Part shown: piece after piece, positions 25,618-35,686 of the stretch | Layout: each line of letters begins with the position of its first letter | Position numbering within the stretch: the stretch's first letter is position 1 | IMG/VR virus record: IMGVR_UViG_3300050821_019438 | Direction: 5' to 3' (one strand) | DNA: 57,925 nucleotides | Origin: an uncultured virus (IMG/VR IMGVR_UViG_3300050821_019438) | Lineage: Duplodnaviria; Heunggongvirae; Uroviricota; Caudoviricetes | Program-made: the position numbers and the translations under genes | Notes under the pieces: model-generated | What the model was told of the DNA's origin: nothing | Databases searched by the model: none | Seen by the model: only the letters and a program-made list of their open reading frames with translations

Positions 25618-26978
25618 GGCTTCACCCGGAACGTGAGCGCCTCAGACATGTGCGACTCGGCGATGGTGTCCTTGCCGTCGAGCGCGGCGATGGTGCGCGC
25701 CAGAATGAGCGCACCGGGGACGCGGGAAGGTTTGTCCGGGAGAGCTTCCACGTGAATGGCTCCCGGCGTTGTTGCCAAAATCTTCCGCGCCGCCTCGACG
25801 CGCGCCCGTACGACCTCGCTCGTTTCCATTCCGCTTGGGATGCGCCCAGACGTGACGGCGGCGATGCGGTAGTCGGGGACCTCGACGCGCATCGCGAACA
25901 GTGACTCGTAGGACGCGGCTCGATCTCGGAAGCGCTTCAGTTGCTCGGGGGAGCACTTGCACCCGGTGATGTACGATGGCCCGCACTCGCACTTGTTCGT
26001 CGCGCCGATGAGCAGCGGCGAGGCCGGCATCGTCGCCGTGCGGCGCAGTGTGACCTTGCCTTCGGACAAGACGCGGGCGAGCGCTTCGAGCGCGCTCTTT
26101 CGAAACTCCTGCACTTCGTCGAGGAAGAGCACGCCGTGATGCCCGAGCGTGACCTCTCCCGGGCGCGGGTGATCGCCACCGCCGAGCAGGCCCAGCTCGC
26201 TCACGGTGTGATGGGGAGCGCGGAAGGGTCGGCCGATGCCGTAGTGGTCGCGACCGCCGCGTAGGCCCGCCGCGTCGTGAATGGTGAGCACGTCGAGCGC
26301 TTCGTCGGCCGTGAGACTCGGCAGGATGCCGGCGAGGCGCCGTGCCGCCGCGGTCTTGCCCGTACCGGGACCTCCGACCAGTAGAAGAGGGTGCCGACCC
26401 GCGGCGGAGATTTCGAGCGCGCGACGAACCGCGGGGGAGGGCAGGTCGGCGATGCTGAGATCGGAGACCTCCTCTTTGATGCCGGGGCTTCCTACGAGCC
26501 GCAGGTTCCCGTTGACGGCCGCGTCGGCGAGAGATTCGCAAGAAAGCACCTTTGCGCTCGTCGCGGTAGCGTCGAAAGCGTTGCCAGCCGGGACTACGAT
26601 CTCTCCCTTCCCAACGGCGCGAGCGTGCGCGACGACGCCGCGCACGGCATGCAGTCGGCCGTCGAGGGCTAGCTCGCCGATGTAGACGGCGTCGCCGCGC
26701 CAGATTCCGTTGTTGCGCAGCCCCGTTATGGCGAGCGCAATCGCCAGGTCGAGGCTCCCAGGATAGCCGGTGACCTCGGGCGTCACGGTGACGTAGACGT
26801 TGCCGGCCTCGATGCCGCACTGAGCGAGCGCCGACTTGACCCGCACTCGGGTCTCGCGCATTGCGGGCGCCGACAGTCCGGTGATCACGATGCCGCCGGG
26901 AGACATGCTGGTCTCGGCTGTGACGGTGACCGGGAGAGATTCGATGCCTACGAGGACGGCGGAACGGACGGTGATCAT
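25614..26978 (-). CDS. comM: ComM/YifB-family Mg-chelatase/MCM-like AAA+ ATPase
   Basis: ITGL...RETRVRVKSAL, LDLAIAL, GELALDG, GGPGTGKT (Walker A), RPFRAPHHT, PGEVTLGHHGVLFLDE, ARTIAAL. Confidence 0.88.
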   Translation of the reverse strand: MITVRSAVLVGIESLPVTVTAETSMSPGGIVITGLSAPAMRETRVRVKSALAQCGIEAGNVYVTVTPEVTGYPGSLDLAIALAITGLRNNGIWRGDAVYIGELALDGRLHAVRGVVAHARAVGKGEIVVPAGNAFDATATSAKVLSCESLADAAVNGNLRLVGSPGIKEEVSDLSIADLPSPAVRRALEISAAGRHPLLLVGGPGTGKTAAARRLAGILPSLTADEALDVLTIHDAAGLRGGRDHYGIGRPFRAPHHTVSELGLLGGGDHPRPGEVTLGHHGVLFLDEVQEFRKSALEALARVLSEGKVTLRRTATMPASPLLIGATNKCECGPSYITGCKCSPEQLKRFRDRAASYESLFAMRVEVPDYRIAAVTSGRIPSGMETSEVVRARVEAARKILATTPGAIHVEALPDKPSRVPGALILARTIAALDGKDTIAESHMSEALTFRVKP

Positions 26979-27424
26979 GAAGCCTCTTTCTGGTAGACGC
27001 CTGTTTTGGAATAGATGCTTCGAATGGGCTTCCCCTCTTCCCAGTCGAGTATCTGGTCTGCACTTCGGCCCCACGCGATGAGGGCCTCGCGCGCCGTGTC
27101 GAATGCGGAAACGTCGAAACCAATCCCGGTAGGAGCGTCGGGGGAATGAGTCCAGTACAGCTCGCGCGTCGATGCGTGCCAGCGCGGCTTGCCGGCGGCT
27201 GTCGTACCGTAGGTCAAACTACGAATCAGAATGCCGGCGCGCTTGCCTTGGTAGAGAATGGGCCACTGGTCGCTCCAGTGAACATCGTTCTTGTAGTGCT
27301 CCAAATGCTCGCCGCGCGAAAGCGTGAATTGACGTTTTCCGATAGATACAAAGCGATTGACAGGCGCTGATATCTTACGGATACGCGGCGGTGGAGGCGC
27401 TTTCATCAGCGGCGGGTTACTCAC
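26975..27424 (-). CDS. Hypothetical protein
   Basis: GTGA overlap start MSNPP. Confidence 0.55.
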   Translation of the reverse strand: MSNPPLMKAPPPPRIRKISAPVNRFVSIGKRQFTLSRGEHLEHYKNDVHWSDQWPILYQGKRAGILIRSLTYGTTAAGKPRWHASTRELYWTHSPDAPTGIGFDVSAFDTAREALIAWGRSADQILDWEEGKPIRSIYSKTGVYQKEAS

Positions 27425-29400
27425 GACGGACCCCGAATCGTGAGCAGGACCGCGCGCACGCCGGTCCCGTCGAACGTGCCGGCCGGTAGCTCTTCCCACG
27501 TCTCGGCCAGCGGCTTGAGCTTCTCCGCTTGCCGCGGACCTCCGGCGCAGATAGCGACGAGTCGGCCGCCGGGCTTCAGGAACGTTCGAGCGTGGAGAAT
27601 GTGTTTGATGTCGGCGCCGTCTTTGAAAGGCGGGTTCATGATGACGGCGTCGAACGGTTCATCAGGCAAATTCAGTTCGAGGAAATCCGTGTTGATTGCC
27701 CCCGTGATGGGCGCGAGTCGACCGCTGATCTCCACCGCGGTAACGACGCCACCGCGCGCTCGAATCGCCTGGACGATGTTTCCCGTACCGGCGCTAGGCT
27801 CGAGTACGCTTTCGCCTTCCCCGATACCGGCGAGACGCACCATGCGCGCCGCCAGGTCGGGCGGCGTCGGGAAGAGCTGGTCCGCCGAGACGACTTGAAC
27901 GCCTGCCTTGAGCGTTTCTTTCATGGCGTCCATCTTCTCGTCGATAACCGGACGTAGAGTGATGCTGGTTGGCAGTGTTGCGATTAGTCCGCGCTCGCGC
28001 GGTTCCGGCGGCTGCGCTTGCGGCAGCTCCGGCTTTTCGCCGCCCGGCGGCGGTGGGTCCTTCCGCGGCGCGTCGGTGATGTAGACGCCGATCGTCTTGA
28101 AGCCGCCCACCGGGAACATGCGGAGCCGGTGAGCGCCGTACTTCTCGGTCGCGGCAATCCGACGCGCTCTACTGATGTCGCTTCCTTCGTACTTCGCCCA
28201 TTCCGCTTTCGTCATTTCCCGGAAGCCTTCGCCGGGATAGTTGACGAGCGGCGCGAGCTTCGTTGCGGCCTTGACCTTGGCGGCATCCTCCTCGCTCGGA
28301 GGCTGGTAGTCTTTGACCTCCTCGATACCGACCTTCTGTTTTCCCCAGCGACCCTTGACGGTGTACGAGTTGACTTCGCCGCCGGTCTTGTTCACGCGCA
28401 GGACTACGCACCACCCGTGGCGCTCTAGCACCTGTCCGCCGGGCTTTACGTCGAATCCCTCGCGGTGGACAGCGATGTCGCCGGTCTCCCCGAGCATCGC
28501 GCGCTCGTACGTGAGTCGGTTTTGAATGTGCGCGATCCATCGCTCGCGCCATTCGGCGTTACGGGTATGCGCCTCGACGGCGCGTTTGGTCGCTTCCTCG
28601 ACGGTGATCTCGTTCTTGTCGAGTGCCGACCACGTGCCGAAAGGAAGCGCGCGATCGTAGTTCGCAATCTTGAGCGCCTGATCGCGCGTGAGCGTGCTCG
28701 ACCAGAATTGAATCCCTCCGATCGACTTGCTGCGCTCCTTCTCGTGCTTGCGCAGGTCGGCCTCCAGTCCCTTGATTCGCCGGTGACGCACGCCGGGGTC
28801 CTCTTTGTACTTGGCGAGGCGCAGCGCACCCGCGGCGCGGCGCTCCCAATATTTCGACGTCTCCCAGAGCTTGATCGCCTTGCGCATGCCGGATTTGATC
28901 CGCTCGGCGTCTTTGCGGGCGTGGCGCTCGGAATGGTGGCCGACCAGGATCGGCTGACCGAGAGGGATATTGTCCGCAATTGCCGCCACCGCTTCGTGTG
29001 CGCGCTCGGCGTCGTCGGCTCGCTTCTCCTGGTATCCCTCGAATCGCTCGGCGCGTTCCTCGGCGCGCTCGACGAGCGATGTATCTTCGTCGCCGATGTC
29101 GCCGCACAGCTCGAACGCCAGATCGGCGCGCTCCGGGGTCCACATGGGCGCGACGAACAGCTCTTGACGCGGTGCCCAGTGGAAGCCGGCGGCCTTGACG
29201 CGGTCGTATAGTTCTTTGGGTAGACGCGCGACCGAGCGCAGGCGGATTTTGTTGTCCTCGGGACTATACGAGGCGTCTATGGTGGGGAGCGCGGAGCTAA
29301 ACGGTCCCGACTCGCCGGCAGGATTGACACATACGCAGCTCTCGGACGTGAGACCGCAGCGGGCGCAGGTTTCGACTTCGGTGTCTGTAGTGGCGTTCAT
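27421..29400 (-). CDS. DUF3560 domain fused to a class I SAM-dependent (N6-adenine-type) methyltransferase
   Basis: ASYSPEDNKIRL, IPLGQPILVGHHSERHARKD (DUF3560); FPTP, VLEPSAGTG, MNPPF. Confidence 0.88.
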   Translation of the reverse strand: MNATTDTEVETCARCGLTSESCVCVNPAGESGPFSSALPTIDASYSPEDNKIRLRSVARLPKELYDRVKAAGFHWAPRQELFVAPMWTPERADLAFELCGDIGDEDTSLVERAEERAERFEGYQEKRADDAERAHEAVAAIADNIPLGQPILVGHHSERHARKDAERIKSGMRKAIKLWETSKYWERRAAGALRLAKYKEDPGVRHRRIKGLEADLRKHEKERSKSIGGIQFWSSTLTRDQALKIANYDRALPFGTWSALDKNEITVEEATKRAVEAHTRNAEWRERWIAHIQNRLTYERAMLGETGDIAVHREGFDVKPGGQVLERHGWCVVLRVNKTGGEVNSYTVKGRWGKQKVGIEEVKDYQPPSEEDAAKVKAATKLAPLVNYPGEGFREMTKAEWAKYEGSDISRARRIAATEKYGAHRLRMFPVGGFKTIGVYITDAPRKDPPPPGGEKPELPQAQPPEPRERGLIATLPTSITLRPVIDEKMDAMKETLKAGVQVVSADQLFPTPPDLAARMVRLAGIGEGESVLEPSAGTGNIVQAIRARGGVVTAVEISGRLAPITGAINTDFLELNLPDEPFDAVIMNPPFKDGADIKHILHARTFLKPGGRLVAICAGGPRQAEKLKPLAETWEELPAGTFDGTGVRAVLLTIRGPS

Positions 29401-29585
29401 GTCTCTGTCCTCGGCTCGCATCGCTGCGCGTGACGCTCGGCGCCTTCGGCGCTCTTGAGCGCATGGCGTACACGGTCGGCCGATTTCTTCGCGCCGGCCA
29501 CGCGTAGCAGGTTGCGAGCGCTGCGTAGGAGACGGATCGCGGCTTGAATGTCCGCGACGTCGCCGGGTTTTCCGGTTTCGGAGCT

Positions 29586-29876
29586 TCATGACAATGCCTC
29601 GGGTCCGCCGACGCGAACAATCTCGTTCAAGGTCTCAACTAGTCCGTTCGCGTTGAAGTAATCAGCGGCGCGGACCTGATTAGCCCATGAGATCGAAACG
29701 TACTCAGGGTCTTCGGAGCGTTGGTATTCGCGCGCTAGCGTCAAGACTGCGCGCTCGTCTGTCGGTGGAGTCTGCCCTACCTCACCGTGCGCCATTGCGT
29801 ACGGATCTACGGGTAACTCGATCCCTCGTTTGAGGGCCTCTAGTTTCTGACTTGTAGTCGACACGTGACGCCTCAT
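29586..29876 (-). CDS. Hypothetical protein
   Basis: MRRHVSTTSQKLEAL; ATGA overlap. Confidence 0.5.
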   Translation of the reverse strand: MRRHVSTTSQKLEALKRGIELPVDPYAMAHGEVGQTPPTDERAVLTLAREYQRSEDPEYVSISWANQVRAADYFNANGLVETLNEIVRVGGPEALS

Positions 29877-30301
29877 GACTCGACCTCCAACGCGTCGCGG
29901 CCGATGGTCCCGTCTCCGACGTTGACCCGTACCGCCTCGCGGAGCACTTCGACCGTTTCGTGTTCGTAGCATTGGATACTGACGTTTTCGAGCAGGCGGA
30001 CGCACGCCTCGCGGGAGAGGTGATAAATAACTCTCTCGTACGTTCGCCGGTTCGTATCGTCGCTTGGAACGTAGCCGCAGTGATTGCAAGTAATCTTGCC
30101 GTTGCGGTCGACCCAATTGATTTCCTCGCCGCATTCTTCGCACGTCATCTCCGACGCGGCGTCGGCGAGCTTTTGCGTGAACTCGGCTTGCGCCTTGTCG
30201 TCCTCGTGCGGCTCGACCATGACGGCGAATTCGCCGATTCGGAACGAGCGTCGCCGGCCGTTGCTTGTCATCATGTAGGCGGTAATCTTGGGCGTGCTCA
30301 T
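29873..30301 (-). CDS. Hypothetical protein with Zn ribbon
   Basis: CEECG...CNHCG. Confidence 0.6.
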   Translation of the reverse strand: MSTPKITAYMMTSNGRRRSFRIGEFAVMVEPHEDDKAQAEFTQKLADAASEMTCEECGEEINWVDRNGKITCNHCGYVPSDDTNRRTYERVIYHLSREACVRLLENVSIQCYEHETVEVLREAVRVNVGDGTIGRDALEVES

Positions 30302-31112
30302 GTCTGGTCCCAGGTCCGACGCCAAACGGCGCGAGCGTTTTGCCACCGTTGCCAAATGGCGACGAAGGCCGGATCGCGAAAACGCCACTGATGAGACCGC
30401 GTGACGTCCTCGTGCGGTTCGGGCTGTGGATTGACACTCACGGTTTGACCTCTTTCGGCTCGTGCGATTCGACCGAGATCCACGCGCGGTCACGCGGCGA
30501 TGTACCGTCCGGCCCTTCGGTGACCCAGTGCTTATCGCAATAGTAGAAAACCCCGCCGCCGCGGTAGTGTTCACACCGGGTGGCGTCGGCGCCGCAGTAG
30601 TGCGCGGAGCATTGGCACTTGATCCCAGGGCGGGTCACGACGTGACCTCTCGGGTACCGCTTCGCGACCCGGACCTTGCCTACGCACCCCCGGAAAAGGT
30701 CAATAAACCAGACGTGCGTAGGCAAGGTGCGAGGCGCGACGGCAGGGCCGGCGGGCTTGACTCGGGACACTGTAGACGGACGACGGCGGGTTGTCACGAT
30801 GCCTCGCTTTCGGCGCAACCTTCGACGTGAAATCCACGCCCGCCGCACTTCGGGCAAACGTCCGTGTGCGAGACGCCGCACTCCGTGCAGCACCCGTCGG
30901 CGCCTACGTTGCAATCGGAGTCTTTCGTATGAGGCTTCATGATGCCACCATGTGATAGATGCGCCCGCGAATGTGGCGCGTGTTACTTGCCGGTGCGCCG
31001 AGCACGCGCGACCATCGGCCGGACAGTAGGCGCACGAAGTTGTGTTTCTTCGCGAGCCACGGAGCAAACTCGCACCGCGTGCTCGTCATGATTGCGTGGA
31101 GTGTGGGCCAGG

Positions 31113-31394
31113 TCACGACAAGCTCACTTTCCCGCCGACGACTACGCTTTTATTATCCGCGCCCCAGAATCGAAGCGAGCTATCCCGCGCACCGTCGCGG
31201 TCGGTGTACTTGGCGAGCAGCTCTAGGAGAGGCAGGTAGGAAATCTCGATTACGGTAGCGGGTCCGCCGCCATGTTTGGCGTTGTCCAGGCGTACGACCG
31301 CGATGCGCTGGCGTCCGGGCTTTCGGGGCGGTAGCAGCTCGACCCGCTTACCGCCGACTAGGATCGACTCCGGTTTGCGTGACGGCGTGCTCAC
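31113..31394 (-). CDS. Hypothetical protein
   Basis: GTGA overlap. Confidence 0.55.
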   Translation of the reverse strand: MSTPSRKPESILVGGKRVELLPPRKPGRQRIAVVRLDNAKHGGGPATVIEISYLPLLELLAKYTDRDGARDSSLRFWGADNKSVVVGGKVSLS

Positions 31395-32029
31395 GGTGAC
31401 ACCGGCCCGGCGAACGTCGGGCGCTCGGCCAGCTCCGCGGCGTCGCGGTCGTCGGCCGGATCGTCGCTATTCTCGGCGGCGGTCTTTGCTTCGCTACGGC
31501 AATACTCCAAGTCGTCGATTCCCCAGCACGACTCTAGGTCATCGCCCGCGCGGCCTTCGACTTCGTAGCCGTAGATTTGGCCGGTGAGGTAGTTGTCATA
31601 CGCGGTAACCTCTTGCTGAACGTAGCGTGTAAGCTCCTCGGTCGATGGGATGGGCTCGGCGCCCATCATCTTCTCCGCGTTTGAACGGGTGACGTATCCC
31701 CACCCGACTTGTCCCGAGTCGAACCGGTCCGTAAACGGGTTTGCGTCGCCGGTGCGAAGTGTGATGTCCCCGTGCTCGTAGGCGTAGATCGCCAGCACCG
31801 CGAGGATTTCGTCACCCTCGGCCGTAACCGTCTCGCGCAGCGTATCGAGATCCATCCCGTCGATACGCTTGTCGCCCAGATTGCGCCGACGATGCCAGCA
31901 CGCGAGCGTGGCCCAGTTATCGTACTCCCGCGGCGACATGGGGTCGGGGTCGCGGAAAATCTTGACCGTCCGTCCCGCGTGCTTGAAGTCGTCGACGAGA
32001 TACTCCCGATCGAATGTGGCGCTACTCAT
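31391..32029 (-). CDS. Phage/mobile-element-type hypothetical protein
   Basis: SPREYDN..LACWHRR.NLGD, YAYEHG, FDSGQVG, YDNYLTGQIYGY, SCWG. Confidence 0.8.
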   Translation of the reverse strand: MSSATFDREYLVDDFKHAGRTVKIFRDPDPMSPREYDNWATLACWHRRRNLGDKRIDGMDLDTLRETVTAEGDEILAVLAIYAYEHGDITLRTGDANPFTDRFDSGQVGWGYVTRSNAEKMMGAEPIPSTEELTRYVQQEVTAYDNYLTGQIYGYEVEGRAGDDLESCWGIDDLEYCRSEAKTAAENSDDPADDRDAAELAERPTFAGPVSP

Positions 32030-32210
32030 GACCTTTTTGACCTTTCCGTATCGAAGCGCACCGGTTCGGGAAGCGAGGCTAGGCTTTCCCGTTCTTTGAC
32101 CTCACGTCTCACCCGTTGCCGGTTTGATCAAGCCGTCCGAGTGAACCGCGTGGCTTCCCGAGCTAGTGCGCTCTTCTGTCTCGTGCATGATACGCATGCC
32201 GCGTCGATCG

Positions 32211-32726
32211 TCAAGCTCTTTTCGTCTCGGCCTCGTGACGCGCTTTCAGCGCGCGAATCGCGTCCGCCGCGGTCTCGGGGGTCTGATGCTTGCGCAGGTA
32301 GCGGCCGTCCCACGTGTAAATGAGGCACGCGTGCGGCGTGAAAATCCGCGGTACGCTTTCCGCGAAATGCACCGCGGTGTGGCCTACGCCGTCGACATAC
32401 GTAACGTCGTTTAGGTGCGTCCCGTGCTCGCGAAGAATCCAAACGAACGGTATCGACGGGTCTAGTTGATTGAGATACGCACGATCGTGGACGTACAAAT
32501 CGCGCCGGTACCGTAGCGGCCAACCTACGCGTTCGGCCTCCGCGACGATTGCGTCCCAGTGTGGTGCAGCCGTACAGCGCGCATCTCCTCCGCTGTAAAT
32601 GTTCTCCCCGGACCATTCGCCCCACGCACATTTTGGCGTAGTGCAATCGTAGGTTCCGTGCGTAGCGATGACGGGAGCGCCCCACGGAGCATGGGGAACG
32701 GTAGGCGGCAACGGTCGGCGCTTCAT
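32211..32726 (-). CDS. Hypothetical protein
   Basis: DLYVHDR...FVWILREHGTHL. Confidence 0.65.
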   Translation of the reverse strand: MKRRPLPPTVPHAPWGAPVIATHGTYDCTTPKCAWGEWSGENIYSGGDARCTAAPHWDAIVAEAERVGWPLRYRRDLYVHDRAYLNQLDPSIPFVWILREHGTHLNDVTYVDGVGHTAVHFAESVPRIFTPHACLIYTWDGRYLRKHQTPETAADAIRALKARHEAETKRA

Positions 32727-33091
32727 CGCTTCACCCGGAAATCGGTGGATACCAGATTGCCACCTTCGGGGACGTCCAGCTCCGCGCGTGACGTCGGCGA
32801 GAAGACGAGCGCTCGTTTGCTAGCGTAGCGCTTGTCCACGTCGATCACGTCGACGATAAGTACCTCTTCCCCGTCGCGCTTTGGGATGAAGGAGATATTC
32901 ACCTGTGCGAGACGTACGCCTCTAGCGTCTACCAGATCAATCGATCCGGTATCTCCGTCGCCGACGACGAGCGCCGTACGGGTGAACGTGCCGTCGTCGT
33001 AAACGGCCGTTTGCGTGAACGCGTCCCTGCTTTGCGGGACGGCCGGCGCTCGTTCACGGTCGCGATGTCTGGGATTGCGAGGGTAGTTCAT
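32723..33091 (-). CDS. Hypothetical protein
   Basis: ATGA overlaps. Confidence 0.55.
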   Translation of the reverse strand: MNYPRNPRHRDRERAPAVPQSRDAFTQTAVYDDGTFTRTALVVGDGDTGSIDLVDARGVRLAQVNISFIPKRDGEEVLIVDVIDVDKRYASKRALVFSPTSRAELDVPEGGNLVSTDFRVKR

Positions 33092-33339
33092 GAATGCAAG
33101 CTCCATCCGTCTTCGAATCCGTTGCCGTGGTAGCAGAGCCCCACCGTCATGTGTCCGAGTCGCGTGGCGCAGCTCGCGACCCAAAGGCTCGGTGCGAGCG
33201 CTTCCCAGGGGAAGCCGTCCGGTCGGATACGGGTCATGCCGAGACGGTGAAGCTGCGCCCACATACGGCGGGCGCTCGGGTAGACCGAGAGTATCCACGC
33301 CAGCGTGGCGCGGTCCTCGGGGCGAATGTCGGCTTTCAT
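33088..33339 (-). CDS. Hypothetical protein
   Basis: ATGA overlaps; ends WSLHS. Confidence 0.55.
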   Translation of the reverse strand: MKADIRPEDRATLAWILSVYPSARRMWAQLHRLGMTRIRPDGFPWEALAPSLWVASCATRLGHMTVGLCYHGNGFEDGWSLHS

Positions 33340-33629
33340 GGCGCCGCCTTTCCAACCTTCCCCGTCTTCGGGCAAGCCGTAACGGACGTCTGATGGGCAG
33401 GGCAATTCACGCCTTCCCATACGTGGCAAACGTCGTGCGCCGGCTTACCGGCGGCAAACGTGTATTGACCAGAGCCGTTTAGGACCCAATGGCCGGCGAC
33501 GGCGGGGAAGGATTCGAGGCAATGCACCTCAGTAGGTGGCGGTACGTACGCCTTTGATTCGCCGCCTGGTGTGAACGGCGATCCGCAAGCGGCGCACGCG
33601 AGGAGTGAGGCGAGGAGTAGCGTTTTCAT
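33336..33629 (-). CDS. Small Cys-rich lipoprotein
   Basis: MKTLLLASLLACAACGSPF lipobox. Confidence 0.7.
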   Translation of the reverse strand: MKTLLLASLLACAACGSPFTPGGESKAYVPPPTEVHCLESFPAVAGHWVLNGSGQYTFAAGKPAHDVCHVWEGVNCPAHQTSVTACPKTGKVGKAAP

Positions 33630-33651
33630 TTTGACCTTTCCGTGGCGTGAT

Positions 33652-33837
33652 TTACTTCGTTTCGTTGGCGAGTTTCGCCGCCAGCTCTCGCAAGCCTTTG
33701 CTAACTAGCTCGGCTTCCTCTTTCGTGTCGCAATAGGCGAGTATTGCATCGTTGCTAGGGTGCAAAACCCACCATTCCCCGCCTGAACCTGGCGACGCTT
33801 CGCGCACGTGGACGTGATCAATGGCAAGACGAATCAT
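33652..33837 (-). CDS. Hypothetical protein
   Basis: GAAAGGTCAA leader, MIRLA start. Confidence 0.55.
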   Translation of the reverse strand: MIRLAIDHVHVREASPGSGGEWWVLHPSNDAILAYCDTKEEAELVSKGLRELAAKLANETK

Positions 33838-33851
33838 GGCTTGACCTTTCA

Positions 33852-33915
33852 CTTCCCCCGAGTCTGACGCGCCGGGAAGGGACCAACCAACCACGCGCGC
33901 CAGACTCCGGGGAAG
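33852..33915. other. Intergenic 21-bp inverted repeat (stem-loop)
   Basis: CTTCCCCCGAGTCTGACGCGC ... GCGCGCCAGACTCCGGGGAAG, two mismatches. Confidence 0.7.
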
Positions 33916-33927
33916 CCCGGAGCGTTG

Positions 33928-34137
33928 CTAGTTCATGTTCGGGTCGGCCGGCGCTCGTGCGGGCGCTTGTGCGCACTCATCGCGGTCGCACTTCGTAATT
34001 AGCTCTGCGCCGATGACATTCTGATGTCCGTTCGCGAGCAGGATCAAGCCTAGTTGCTTGAGCACGCGATCGATGGTCTCGTCGCCGGACGGGTCTTCGG
34101 CGTCGATTGAGATTATGGCTCGTACGATACGAATCAT
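33928..34137 (-). CDS. Hypothetical protein
   Basis: GAAAGGTCAA leader, MIRIV start. Confidence 0.55.
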   Translation of the reverse strand: MIRIVRAIISIDAEDPSGDETIDRVLKQLGLILLANGHQNVIGAELITKCDRDECAQAPARAPADPNMN

Positions 34138-34160
34138 GGGTTGACCTTTTGACCTTTCGT

Positions 34161-34328
34161 TTAGTTCAGAGTGTCCGGTTCGATCCACTGTGCCGAGCAG
34201 TCATGGCACGTCACGTGTAATTGCCCACCTTCGGCCGCGTCTTCGTTGGCGATGTTATCGCTTCCACACTTCGGGCAGGTCTCTTGTGACGACGTTTCCG
34301 CCTTGACCGGTGCTAGTGCTTTTCCCAC
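34161..34328 (-). CDS. Small Zn-ribbon protein (not in ORF track)
   Basis: CPKCGSDNI...CHDCSAQW. Confidence 0.5.
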   Translation of the reverse strand: MGKALAPVKAETSSQETCPKCGSDNIANEDAAEGGQLHVTCHDCSAQWIEPDTLN

Positions 34329-34645
34329 GTCTTCCCCCCATCATGCGAATGGTGACCTTCGGCGACCGCCCGCGCGTTCACCTTGCGGCCGGACATGGCC
34401 TCCGCGCGCATGACCGCCGAGCGCAGGGCGACCGAGTTACCGGCCGAGAGCGTACGGTAAGCGCACGCGTCCGTGACGTTGTCTCGATCGCCCCACCCCG
34501 CGAACGCGACCGCGCCATTCGGCGCGATGTTGACGCGCACCTTCCCCGCGCGGATTTGCGCCTCCAAGCGTAGGAGCGCTTTTTTCACCTGGTCAATCCG
34601 TTCCGAGAGCGTTTGCCCAGGTTGCCGCATGGATTCGCATGCCAT
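34313..34645 (-). CDS. Small protein of the AAA ATPase module
   Basis: AAGGGACC leader; GAVAFAGW..RDNVTDACAYR. Confidence 0.7.
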   Translation of the reverse strand: MACESMRQPGQTLSERIDQVKKALLRLEAQIRAGKVRVNIAPNGAVAFAGWGDRDNVTDACAYRTLSAGNSVALRSAVMRAEAMSGRKVNARAVAEGHHSHDGGKTWEKH

Positions 34646-34675
34646 GATTAGGTCCCTTTCGTAGCGTTCACCTTC

Positions 34676-34710
34676 CGAGCCCTAGCCTAGCCTAAGCCGG
34701 CTAGGGCTCG
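34676..34710. other. Perfect 12-bp inverted repeat
   Basis: CGAGCCCTAGCC-N11-GGCTAGGGCTCG, intergenic. Confidence 0.7.
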
Positions 34711-34728
34711 ACGGGCGAGCCCTTCGCG

Positions 34729-35595
34729 TTACTGAGCGCTCGCGGCGATCGACTCATCCGAGCGCGGCGACTCTCCCGCGACGTCTCCCGCGGGGCTCGG
34801 CTCGGGGCTCGGCTCGGGGCTCGACTCGACGGCGGGCGAATCCTCGCCCATGTCGGCAAAGCGCTGGACGTTCGCCTGTGCGGTCGGCTCCGCAATGACG
34901 GCGGGCGAGTCGTCTGTGTCCAGAAAGGCGAAGCGCGCGCGCTCGATTGCGCCACGCTGGATTGACGCCAGGACGATCGCCGCGTCTTCGCCCTTCTTAC
35001 CGATCCGGCGCGTAATATCACGCGCGGCCTTTTTGGCTTGCTCGACGGCCTCCGAAACGGCCTTGACTTGCTCCTCCCCGAGCATGCCGGCGACTTCGAT
35101 CGCCCGCTTGTTTGCCTCGCGAATCGCCTCCGGATCCATGCGATCGATACCGCGCGACATTTCGGCGAAAAGCTCCGTCATTTCCCGCGCAATCTTGCGC
35201 GTGGCTTGCTCGTCGGTTGCGGCGACTTGTCCTAGAAAGGTGAAAAGCTCGACTCGCGTGCACGTCGCGTCGGCATTGTGCGCGGAGACGATCGCCTGTG
35301 CGCGCCCGATCGCCTCCTCCAATTCACCGGCGCGATCGGTCGGGCAGAGGCGCGCAAATTTCGACTGAACGCAGACCGCGTCAATCTCGGCGAGAGCCTT
35401 GCCACGCGCCTTGACGGCGCGATCGTGCTCCTCCGGATCGTCAACAACCTTCGTGGTCTCCCATCGCGTGACCTCCACGCCGACCGGACGATCGGCGCCG
35501 CTGGCGTCCAAGTCGACGCGGCGGTATTGGACGCCTCCGATGACATGGGAATTGACGACGACGAGCAGGCCCGGGCGAAGAATTGAGAGTCGCAT
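34729..35595 (-). CDS. Helical hypothetical protein, AAA ATPase partner
   Basis: 288 aa, AAGGGACC leader, directly downstream of the ATPase. Confidence 0.75.
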   Translation of the reverse strand: MRLSILRPGLLVVVNSHVIGGVQYRRVDLDASGADRPVGVEVTRWETTKVVDDPEEHDRAVKARGKALAEIDAVCVQSKFARLCPTDRAGELEEAIGRAQAIVSAHNADATCTRVELFTFLGQVAATDEQATRKIAREMTELFAEMSRGIDRMDPEAIREANKRAIEVAGMLGEEQVKAVSEAVEQAKKAARDITRRIGKKGEDAAIVLASIQRGAIERARFAFLDTDDSPAVIAEPTAQANVQRFADMGEDSPAVESSPEPSPEPSPAGDVAGESPRSDESIAASAQ

Positions 35596-35636
35596 GGTAA
35601 TGGTCCCTTCGGAAAATGGTTTTCGGTGTCTCGCCC

Positions 35637-35665
35637 ATGATCCGCATGGGCACGGCGTCTGTCAA
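35637..35665 (-). promoter_or_regulatory. Sigma70-like promoter
   Basis: TTGACA-N17-GATCAT. Confidence 0.55.
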
Positions 35666-35686
35666 GTGATAGGCAACTAGCGGCGA

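Noticed and set aside
34788..34825. GGGGCTCGGCTC tandem repeat
   Set aside because: Encodes the SPEP low-complexity tail of ORF 34729-35595
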